NCBI GenBank assembly: GCA_963765765.1
Contig: CAVXYC010000032.1
Coordinates: forward strand, 128,001-192,000
DNA length: 64,000 bases
From: an uncultured Chloroflexia bacterium
GTDB taxonomy: Bacteria > Chloroflexota > UBA6077 > JACCZL01
Reading direction: 5' to 3'
In this document: piece by piece, positions 52,588-62,048 of the stretch
Numbering within the stretch: the stretch's first letter is position 1
How the letters are laid out: each line of letters begins with the position of its first letter
Position numbers and translations under genes: made by a program
Notes under the pieces: model-generated
What the model was told of the DNA's origin: nothing
The model's database searches: none
What the model saw: the letters and a program-made list of their open reading frames with translations, nothing else

Positions 52588-53965
52588 TTACGGCCATGCC
52601 GCAGCATGCGTCCCCAGAGGAACAGGCGGTCGCTCCCAGTACGCGCGGTGTTTCTGAGAGATCGATCGCTGGCTTCAGGTGCCTCAGTCGGCCCCATGCG
52701 GTATCTCTTTCGATCGTCAGATCAGACTGGTCGCCAGAACCGCTGGCCTGAGCAGGATCGCATATCGGACCAAGCCGGGCGAACCACATTCCGCTCTGCA
52801 CGAGTGAGGCGCGGACGTGATAGCTGCCGCCTTCGCGCGCCCGCCTGCCGAGCGCTACCATGGTTCCCAGCGCAGCCAGGTAGCCTGTCGTGTAGTCGCA
52901 CGCCGCCACCGGCATGCGAACGGGATGATCAGGTGTCCCCTGTGCTGAGACCAGACCGGTCACCGTCTGAGCAAGCTGCTCCCAGCCCGGACGGCCACGC
53001 CACGGTCCGTGATGGCCGTAGCAATTAATCGAGACATAGATAAGGCCCGGTCGGACGAGCGCAAGCTCCTCCGGTCCGAACCCTCGTCGCTCCATGGAGC
53101 CGGCCCGATATCCCTGGGACACAACGTCCGCGTCAGCGGCCAGCGAGCTAAGGGTGGCGCGATCATCAGCGTCATCGAGGTCGAGATGCGCTGAGGCCTT
53201 CCCTTGGTTCGTGTCCATGAGCCAGAGGTCCGCGTGAGGAAGGTCCCTGGATGCAATGTGAAGCACGTCGGCCCCATAGGATGCGAGCGTTCGCGCATGC
53301 GTCGGTCCCGCCAGGATGCGGGTCACGTCAAGCACTTTCAGTCCGGACAACGGCCTGTCACCGGCTGGCAGTGGCTCCGGATCTGAGTCGGCGAGCTTGA
53401 TGATCTCCACACGTGGCACACCTGCCATGGTCTGGCCCTGCGGGTGCGCGGCCCATTGCTCCGCTGTACGCGCCATAGCGCCGCACATCCGCGCTTCGGC
53501 GAGGGCGTCCTCCAGCGCCTGACCCTCCCAGCGTGCCACGGCCGCGGTGATCGCATCCCGATCGCGAGAGCAGCCCAGGACCTTGAGCGTACCCTCCGCA
53601 AGGTGTGGAAACGCCCCATGGAGGTGCACCCATCGTCCGTCGCTGCAGCGATACAGATCCACCACTGGATTCCCATCCGCGGGACCAAGCGGTGGCGGGC
53701 CGCCATTGACCTGCATGTAACCACTGGCCCTGAGCGAAACAGCCGCGCGGCGCACCTCCACGGTCACTTTCTGGCGTCGGCCCGTCTTCATCTCCCAGAG
53801 ATCTGAGAGGGCGACGCCGCCAGCGGCTAATGCCACGGCCGCCGCTTCACCCACGGGAAATCGGTTCCCCAGAATCGGGTCCTTGCCGATGATCGTCACA
53901 TCATCGTCTGGTGCGGCTTTAAGACCAACTTCACCGAGTAGATCTTGAACGCGTGCGTCGATCAT
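52588..53965 (-). CDS. CaiB/BaiF family III CoA-transferase, frameshift near the C-terminus
   Basis: PLSGLKVLDVTRILAGP, GADV, YRAG, CDYTTGY; the corrected end is AYWERPPVPLGTHAAAWP*. Confidence 0.88.
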
Positions 53966-54021
53966 CTGACTTTTCTCCGTGAATGATTGAGGCCTCGCTG
54001 TGCCTGAATTGCGCCTGGCAT

Positions 54022-55231
54022 CTAACCTTCACTATCTTCCTTGATCAGCGAGTCCAGTCGATCCACCGAAGCGCGCGGCAGCTTCATGAATTCGTTGATA
54101 AGTGTCTGCACACGCTCGCCGGGTACAGGATTGGTATCCAGACCAGTGCGGGAAGCTTCCGCCTTGAGCTCGGGATCGTTCAAGGCCAGATTGAGCGCGG
54201 CGCGCATCGTCGTCAATATGTTGGCGGGCATCTCCGGCGGAGTCACGAATGGTCTAGCCCATTGCTGGCTCTGCGCGGCAAGTGCCAGGAGCTGCCGCTT
54301 CTCCAATGGCGCGGAGGCGGCCAGGGTGTCCGCGGTAGGCACGTCGGTCAGCAGGGGGTCCTCGAGGGCCAGCCCAACTTGCACCAGAGGAAGCAGCACG
54401 CGGTTGCGGATGTTATCTCCCGCCGAGGCCAGGTAGGAGTCCCAGCTATTTGACGTGCCGTCCACTTCGCCTCGTTCGATCCCAAGGTAAATTTCGGCGC
54501 TGCCCGGGTAACCAAAGATCGATTCAAGCTTCCAGCCCAGCACCTCCCGGACCACCACGACGACAAGGTGGCGAGGGTCGCCAGGCGTACTCAAGCCCAT
54601 CTTGACGGTCCGACTTTTCAGCTCGTCAAGATTTTTCGTAGTAATACCAGTGCGCTGGTGCACGGCCGGCATGTTGACGCTCTGCGAGGCGCTTCCAAGC
54701 CAGTTGAGCTTGGTTACGTCGTACCTCACTCCATCCTCGGGTCCTCGCCTCGGAGCTGGTTGAACGGAATGTTGAGGTCCACAATTCCCATGGTGAGGCC
54801 GTCAGGCCTGGCGGCGTAGATGAAATTGGTGGCAATGCGATGAACGCCGCCGGGCATGTTCTGCGGGACGACCGTTGGGTTGCCGGGCAGGTGCTTGCCG
54901 AGGTGGCGGGCGATGATCCGGCCCCACGTGTCGTAGCCCCCGCCCGGACTGCTGCCGATGATGAGGTTCAGTGTCTTCCCGGCCCAGACGGGCGCAAGCG
55001 CTGGATCGATTCTCGCGGTGGACTGAGCTGCAGCTACAGGCGAAGCGGCGGGGGACGCAGCCGGTGAAGCTACGGCGGCAGTGACCGGTGAGCTCGACGG
55101 AGCGGAAGTTGAAGCCACCGGTTTAGTGGTGGGGCTCGGCGACGCGACGGTGAGCAGGCGGACAGGAGACCTCCGCCGGAGACGAATGCCAGGTAGCGCA
55201 GCAACTGACGACGGGATGTCCCATGGGGCAT
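54022..55231 (-). CDS. TctC/Bug family substrate-binding protein, predicted Tat lipoprotein; two frameshifts
   Basis: N-terminus MPHGTSRRQLLRYLAFVSGGGLLSAC (twin Arg plus lipobox); GSSPGGGYDTWGR, NMPGG, GYPGSAE..LGIERGEVDG. Confidence 0.82.
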
Positions 55232-55427
55232 GGCGCACCTCAATGTGGTCCCTGATTCATTCCGAGCTTTGAACTGGTGCTACCGTGGAGACCAGGGATT
55301 CCAGCTTGCGCCATGGTAGTCGGCATCCTCATGGCGGTCAATCGATTGCTGGTTCGCCCTTCTCGGCGGCCTCGGTATGCAATGTGCATCTTGGGCGACA
55401 CGCGAATAAGGAGTGAATTGATTCACC

Positions 55428-56435
55428 ATGGCCGAAAATTCCCTGGATGGCAAAGTTGTAGTGGTCACTGGTGCATCAAGCGGGGTCGGTCGAGCCTGTG
55501 CTCTTGCGTTCGCTAGGCACGGTGCCAGGGTGGCACTGATCTCACGGAACCGTGAAGCGCTCACCGCCGCCTCCGCAGAGGTACGCGAAGGGGGCGGAGA
55601 GGCGCTCGTGCTGCCGCTCGATGTCGCCGATGCGGGGGCCGTGGATGAGGCGGCCGCGTTTGTCGTACAGCATTTTGGCGGGATTGACGTGTGGGTGAAC
55701 TGCGCCATGGTGACCGTGTTCGCCCCCGCGGAGAGCATGACCGCCGAGGAATATCGTCGCGTAACGGAAGTGACGTATCTCGGCTATGTCCATGGCACCA
55801 TGGCCGCCTTGCGGCACATGCGGCAGAGAAATTCGGGAACGATCATCCAGATCGGCTCGGCACTTGCCTTCAGATCGATCCCCCTCCAGAGTGCCTACTG
55901 CGCAGCCAAGGCGGCTACTCGAGGCTTTACGGATTCTTTGCGGTCAGAGCTCATTCACGATGGGAGCAACATTCGTATTTCGATGCTCCATCTTCCGGCG
56001 GTGAACACGCCTCAGTTCGTGGTCCAGAAGAACAAGCTTGAGCATGAGGCTCAACCGGTTCCACCAATCTATGCACCCGAGCTGATTGCGGACGCCGTGA
56101 TCTGGGCAGCTGAGCGTGCTCCAAGAGACATGGTTATCGGCGGTAGCACACTGCAAGCGTTGGTGGGCCAGATGCTGGCCCCGGGCTTACTGGACCGATA
56201 CCTCGCCAAATTCGGTTACGAGAGCCAGACGACGGATGAGCCAAATGATCCTGCACGTCCGGACAATCTCTTTCAACCGCTTCCGGGCGATCCCGGAGCG
56301 CATGGGCCATTCATCGACAAGGAGAAATCCTTCAGCCGTCAGCTCTGGCTACGAAGGCATCCCGGCGTCATGGCCCTTGGCGCAACTCTTGCCACTGGAG
56401 CCGCGCTGCTAGCTGGGGTGCGTAAATTTCGGTGA
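55428..56435 (+). CDS. Short-chain dehydrogenase/reductase
   Basis: TGASSGVG, YCAAK, C-terminal hydrophobic tail. Confidence 0.92.
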   Translation: MAENSLDGKVVVVTGASSGVGRACALAFARHGARVALISRNREALTAASAEVREGGGEALVLPLDVADAGAVDEAAAFVVQHFGGIDVWVNCAMVTVFAPAESMTAEEYRRVTEVTYLGYVHGTMAALRHMRQRNSGTIIQIGSALAFRSIPLQSAYCAAKAATRGFTDSLRSELIHDGSNIRISMLHLPAVNTPQFVVQKNKLEHEAQPVPPIYAPELIADAVIWAAERAPRDMVIGGSTLQALVGQMLAPGLLDRYLAKFGYESQTTDEPNDPARPDNLFQPLPGDPGAHGPFIDKEKSFSRQLWLRRHPGVMALGATLATGAALLAGVRKFR

Positions 56436-56480
56436 TGAGACCTGATCCGTAAATGCGATTGAAAGGATCTTGAAACCCCA

Positions 56481-57029
56481 ATGAATAGCAACAATCAGCA
56501 GGGCTACGGCCGCGGGTGGGATGTCCTGGGCGGGTACGGGCTCCTGATCGCTGTGTTTCAATCGCTCTTCTGGGGCTTCGTTTTTCTCACAAAGCGACGC
56601 GGGCCCCGCTTGCCCAGAAAAATCGAAATCGCAGACCTGCTGCTGCTAGGGACTGCCACCTACAAGATCAGCCGGCTTGTCTCGAAAGATTCGGTCACCA
56701 GCGTCATTCGCGCACCTTTCACCATATATCGGGGTCCGTCCGGCTCCAGCGAAGTGAAGGAGGACGTGCGCGGAACTGGAGTTCGCAAGGCGGTAGGCGA
56801 GCTCCTCACCTGCCCATTCTGCGTGGGCACCTGGATCGCCTCGGTGATGGTGTACGGACTCGTACTGCAGCCTCGTGTTACGCGTCTCGTGGCTGCGATC
56901 TTTAGTGTGGCAGCCGTTTCTGATGCGCTGCAGTACGGCTTCGAAGCGCTGCGCAAATCGACGGAAGCGTCGGATTCAGAGGACCAGAGCCAGGCAGCCG
57001 GTGGAGGGAGCCCAGAGTACTCGCATTAA
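56481..57029 (+). CDS. DUF1360 domain membrane protein
   Basis: ATYKISRLVSKDSVTS.IRAPF...GELLTCPFCVGTW. Confidence 0.85.
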   Translation: MNSNNQQGYGRGWDVLGGYGLLIAVFQSLFWGFVFLTKRRGPRLPRKIEIADLLLLGTATYKISRLVSKDSVTSVIRAPFTIYRGPSGSSEVKEDVRGTGVRKAVGELLTCPFCVGTWIASVMVYGLVLQPRVTRLVAAIFSVAAVSDALQYGFEALRKSTEASDSEDQSQAAGGGSPEYSH

Positions 57030-57030
57030 T

Positions 57031-57390
57031 TTGACTCGGGTAAAGCACCGAATTCAGCTCAAAGCACGACCGGACCAGCTGTACTCCTACAGCGGCCGTT
57101 CTGCGCTGGTTACCAATCTCACGTGCGGCGTTTCCGAAGCAGGAGAAGAAGGCTTTACGTCGATAACACACGTGGACTCTCTCGGGACGAAGTGACCGCC
57201 AATAGTGAGACGCTTCACCCTCTTGCTGAGAGCGGTGAAACGCACTACCGAGTCGCTGGCCGAGATGGACCAGTACGCGTGCTTCGACAGCCGGCCCCTC
57301 AGCGCGCCGATTACGGATTCGGTAAGCGACTGTGGACCGCGTTTGCGTCTGCCCCACACAGCTAATCCGCCCTACGCCCTCGTGCTGTAA
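57031..57390 (+). pseudogene. Remnant of a glycogen-debranching (amylo-alpha-1,6-glucosidase) N-terminal domain
   Basis: ARPDQLYSYSGRSALVTN...EGF/YVDNTR.LSR across a frameshift, then it degenerates; no catalytic domain. Confidence 0.5.
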
Positions 57391-57443
57391 GCTCAGCACG
57401 GTGACTCATCTGATGCCTGGGGCCATCGGATGCGGGGGCGAGC

Positions 57444-58427
57444 ATGTCAGATACGACCATCATTTACAGCCCAGTACCGGAGCCAGACGTCCGCGTCATC
57501 GCGGACTCAGTGCTGCCGGCAGGATTTCAGCTCGAGTGCGTTTCCAAGGAAGCTCTACCGGAGGCTATTCAGGGAGCCGAGTTCCTCTGCGGGTTCCTCG
57601 GCCAGATCCCGACGGATGCGCTTGTGAGCGCGAGCGCAAAGGGCTTAAAGCTGGTTCAGCTCATGAGCGCGGGCTATGACAATTTCAATCTCGATGGGGC
57701 CCGAGCGGCGCGTTTGCCAGTCTCGGTGAACGGTGGCGCCAATGCGATTGCCGTTGCTGAGCACGCCATCATGATGATGCTGGCCACTCTAAAACAGGCA
57801 CACGCCTTCGACTCCGAGGTTCGCGCTGGCCAATGGCGCGGCGGCCCGACCGGGGCGACGCGTTGGTATGAGCTGTACCAATCGACTGTCGGCATCGTGG
57901 GTATGGGGCGCATCGGTCAGGAAGTCGCAAAACGACTGGCTGGTTGGGATGCCAGGGTCGTGTACTACGATCCCTACCGTCTTTCGCCTGAGCGGGAGCA
58001 AGCGCTGAGTGCTCAGTTCATGGAGCTGGACGATCTCCTTCGGGCATCCGACGCGGTAACGGTGCACGTGCCGCTCAATGCTCAGACCCGAAATTTGATC
58101 GATGGCGAGTCGATCTCACTCATGAAGCCGACGGCCGTGCTGGTAAACACTGCCCGCGGTGGCCTGGTGGATGAGGACGCACTCGAGAGTGCGTTGCGCG
58201 AGGGACGAATCCTGGGAGCCGGACTGGACGTGCTCAGCGAGGAGCCTGCGCCCGCCAATCACCCACTGTTTGGATTGCCAAATGTGCTGCTCACACCGCA
58301 TTCGGCCGGGCCCACCTGGCAATCCTTTCCGAGACGTTTCAACAACTGCTTCGAGAATATCCAGCGCGTGGCGCGCGGCGAGAAGCCGGCCTGGGTAGTA
58401 GAGGAACTGGCGGATCTATTCAAGTGA
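57444..58427 (+). CDS. D-2-hydroxyacid dehydrogenase
   Basis: AVAEHA, GIVGMGRIG, NTARG, AGLDV..EP, TPHSAG. Confidence 0.93.
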   Translation: MSDTTIIYSPVPEPDVRVIADSVLPAGFQLECVSKEALPEAIQGAEFLCGFLGQIPTDALVSASAKGLKLVQLMSAGYDNFNLDGARAARLPVSVNGGANAIAVAEHAIMMMLATLKQAHAFDSEVRAGQWRGGPTGATRWYELYQSTVGIVGMGRIGQEVAKRLAGWDARVVYYDPYRLSPEREQALSAQFMELDDLLRASDAVTVHVPLNAQTRNLIDGESISLMKPTAVLVNTARGGLVDEDALESALREGRILGAGLDVLSEEPAPANHPLFGLPNVLLTPHSAGPTWQSFPRRFNNCFENIQRVARGEKPAWVVEELADLFK

Positions 58428-58473
58428 GGCACGCAGCGCTAGGATCACGGCCGGACGCGTGGTGAACGACGTC

Positions 58474-59335
58474 ATGACAGACAAACTAGCAGCTCTCTTT
58501 GCTAGCACTGAACCGGAGCGCTGGGCGACAGGATTTCAATTTACTGAGGGACCACTCTGGCATCCGGACGGCTATTTCACCTTCGTTGACATTCGTACCA
58601 GTCGTATCTACAAGCTGACACAGGGCGGCTCGCCCGAGATCATCCGTGAGAACACCGGGAACGGAAACGGCAACACGTTTGATCTCGATGGTCATTTCAT
58701 ACTGTGCGAGGGCGGCAATCGTCAGGTCACGCGCATGTATCCGGATGGGCGAGTCGAGCCGATCGCGGTGCGAATTGACGGCCAGCGCCTGAATCGACCG
58801 AACGACGTGATCTGCCGCTCGGACGGTACGATTTACTTCACCGACCTGGGCTCATCCGTGCCGCTCGCTGACCGCGACATTGCACACTTCGGTGTGTACC
58901 GCATTGCAACAGATGGGGTGGTCTCGCTATTCGCTGGGTGCGAGGCGCCTAACGGGCTGGCCTTCTCGCCGGACGAGAAAACCCTCTACGTCTCCAACAC
59001 AAAGTTCACCGCGTACATCCATGCCTTCGAAGTAGCGTCGGATGGCACGATGATTCGTCGCCGATTCTTCGTCGACATGTCCTCAGACGAGACGGATGGC
59101 GTACCGGACGGCATGAAGGTGGATACGCGAGGGCCGCATTTTTTGCACCGGCGCCGGCGGTCTGTGGGTATTTGAGGCAGACGGCACTCCGCTCGGTTTG
59201 CTCCGTCTCCCCGAGATACCCGCCAACCTTGCCTTCGGCGGACCAGACCTGAAGACGATGTTTCTCACCGCCAGGACATCGGTGTATGCGCTGAGAGTGA
59301 AGACACCGGGGCTGCCACATCCGAGGTTCAAGTAG
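58474..59335 (+). CDS. SMP-30/gluconolactonase family protein, frameshift at about 59130
   Basis: FTEGPLW, NRPND, PNGLAFSPD, PDGMKVD; the second frame gives PANLAFGG. Confidence 0.88.
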
Positions 59336-59352
59336 CAGTTCTGAAGCATCTC

Positions 59353-59422
59353 CGGTGGAGCGGGTCTCCGTACCCGCCAGTGTCCGGAGCGGCTGACCAG
59401 GGTACGGGGACCCGCTCCACCG
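59353..59422. repeat. REP-like palindrome with 23-bp arms between convergent genes
   Basis: CGGTGGAGCGGGTCTCCGTACCC...GGGTACGGGGACCCGCTCCACCG (one mismatch). Confidence 0.7.
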
Positions 59423-59440
59423 AGAACTCTTAAGCTACCG

Positions 59441-60506
59441 CTACAGCCCGTAAAACGCCCTCGAGTTCTCCTCCAGGATTTTGCTCGCCTGGGATTGGGT
59501 GACGAGCCCTTCGTCGGCCCATTTCCGGACTTCATCGAGGGCGCTGAGGTTGGCGGAGATGTCGGTGTGGCTGTAGTCGGTGCCGATCATCAGGTTGTCT
59601 TCGGTGCCGAACTTCAGGATTGACTCGATATCGTCGATCGGATCGATCGTCACGAACATGCGATTGGATCGGAACAGGTCGGGCTGTAGCTCGTAGAGTC
59701 TAGGCAATTCGGTCTGCGTGCCGCGCAGTGCCTGACGTTTCTGCGCTCCAAGCTGTGAGATGGTGTATGGAATCCATGACGCGCCGGACTCGATCAGACC
59801 AAAGCGGAGCTTGGGGAACTTCTGTGGAAGTTTTGAAGTAACGAGCGCCGAACAGGAGAACATAATCGGGAAACCGCGATCCCACTCTCGTCCGGGCAAC
59901 GGATGGCCGGTGTGAATGCAAAGCGGGATATCAAGCGCGCTGGCCTCTTCGTAGATCGGGTAGAAGTACGGATCGGTGACCTCGCGATCGAGATCGAATC
60001 CGCGCTTGAAGATCCCACACGCGCCGTGCTCTTTGGCCCAGCGGAGCTCTTCAACCGCCTTCTCGGGCTGAAGAAGCGGTAGTACTGCCGCCCATCGGAG
60101 TCGTCCGTTGGACTGCGCACACTTGTCAGCCAGCCAGTGGTTATAGGTCGTAGTAAGGGCCCACTCCGCTTCTGCATTGTTCGTGTTGTAGCGAATGAAG
60201 AACGTGGGAAAGATCACCTGCACATCCACGCCCATGCGGTCCATGTGTGCCACCCGGCCAGGAACGTCCTCGAGCTCTCGAAAGAGCCCTCAGCGGATGG
60301 TTGATCTCATCCCGGACAGCGCGATTCTGCAGCCTGCCTTCAACCAGCCAGCTTCGGCTTACCACCGAGCTGTATCCCGCTCGCTTTGCTTCATCAGGTG
60401 GGAGCGTCACCGTAACCGGGATGTACTTCGCGTACGGCGTGCCTTCGAGCTTTTCCCAGGTCGATTCGGACTCGTCGACATGTGTATCGGCGTCAATCAT
60501 TGGCAT
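59441..60506 (-). CDS. Amidohydrolase_2 family protein, frameshift at about 60280
   Basis: IDADTHV; HMDRMGVDVQV, IESGASW, GTDYSH, NSRAFYGL. Confidence 0.88.
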
Positions 60507-60625
60507 TGGGTCACTCCCGGAGCACAGGGCACGGCTTTTAAGACCTGGATCAGATGTGAAACTAGTCTAAGGCCAGCGTTTGGGCGTGTATAGATCCTGA
60601 CGCCTGAGATAAGGAGAGCCGGCCG

Positions 60626-62048
60626 TTACTCCGCGATGACCAACGCAAGCTCCCCGGGGTCGGGAACGAGGTCTCCGGGTTTTGGAGATTGCATCAGGAT
60701 GGTGGTTGTTTCCGCTCCGTTGCCGGGTGCGGGCTCCACGCGGGCGATCTTCCAGCCGAGCTGGTTGGCCTGCTTTGCCGCTTCGGTAATGGATTTCCCG
60801 AGCACGTCGGGGACGATGACGCCTGTGCTCACGGTGACTCGGACGGGCTGCCGATCATAAAGATGCCGAGCCGGGCACGGGCGTTTGATGCATGATCTCG
60901 CCGGCCGGATACCGATCACTTTCCCGCTCGCCCACGACCAGAAGCTGCGTGTCGCTCTGGTTTGCGATCTGCTGCGCCTCCGCAACGGTTTTCCCCTGCA
61001 GAGAAGGGACGCTCATCGCAACACCTTTTGCGATGAGCGGGGTGTCTCCAATGAAGCGCATGATTCCAAGCGCGATGACAACGAATGTTAGAAGGGTCGC
61101 CAGGGCCACCATGGAAGCGAGAGCGCGGCTTACCGAACGCCGCGAGTGAGGTGCAGGCCGCTCGATGAGGTGTACCTCCGTCACCACTGATGTGGCGGCG
61201 GCGGGTGTGGCGTCCTCTATGGCGCTTGCAAGCGAGTCAGCGGACGGCCAGCGTCGCCTGGCGTCTGGCTCCAGTGCACGCTCGATTACTGGCTGAAGTT
61301 TTTTTGAAATGGAGGGATGCCGAGCCCGAAGTGGTATTGCCGGGGGCCTGCCAGTGAGCATCTCGTGGAGGACCACGCCGGTTCCGTAGACATCCGCAGC
61401 CGGGCCGATGATCTCATCTCGAAAAATCTCCGGGGCCAGGTAGGACGAGGCCGATCCAGGCCTCCCGGAGAGCTCGTGCGTCCTGGTGCGGGGCATCGCG
61501 CCGTCGACCCATCCCATCACCCAGGCCTGTTCCCTGGATGCGTCAAGATGAATGTTGCCAGGACACACCCGTCCGTGGACGAGTCCAAGATCGTGAGCCG
61601 CCTGAAGTGTTCGAGCAATCTCCGCGACACAATTGGCGACCCGGTATCCAGCGAGATACTGACTATCACGGAGGAGCGATCGAAGCGTGGGCGTGAATAT
61701 CGGTTCAGTAACGACGAAGGGACGCATGTGATCGTCCAGGCCTCCGTCCAGCAGTCGCGGGATGCCGCGTTGACGAGTCTGTGCGAGACGGCCGAGCCGA
61801 CGCAGCAGTCGCCCCTCGAGATTAGTATCGATGCGTATGGCGGATGAGAAAAGCTCCGCCATCACGGTGCGGCCCATCGAAAGGTCGGTGGCCAGGTAAC
61901 GGGTTCGAAACTCGTCCTCATCAACAACTCGATCCAGAACGTATCGACCGTTGATGGTAGGGGCTTGATTGACCAGCGACTGCGTAATGGCCGAATCCGA
62001 TTGCGACCCCTGCCTGGGTGCATCACGGCCAGTAGATGTGGACATCAT
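60626..62048 (-). CDS. Transmembrane Ser/Thr kinase-like protein with two PASTA domains, predicted pseudokinase; frameshift at about 60880
   Basis: PknB-like scaffold (GRY, YLAPE, DVYG.G, EMLTG.PP, P..R) with Gly-loop, Lys, HRD and DFG degenerate; one TM; PASTA repeats VPSLQGKT..EA and VPDVLGKS..EA. Confidence 0.8.
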
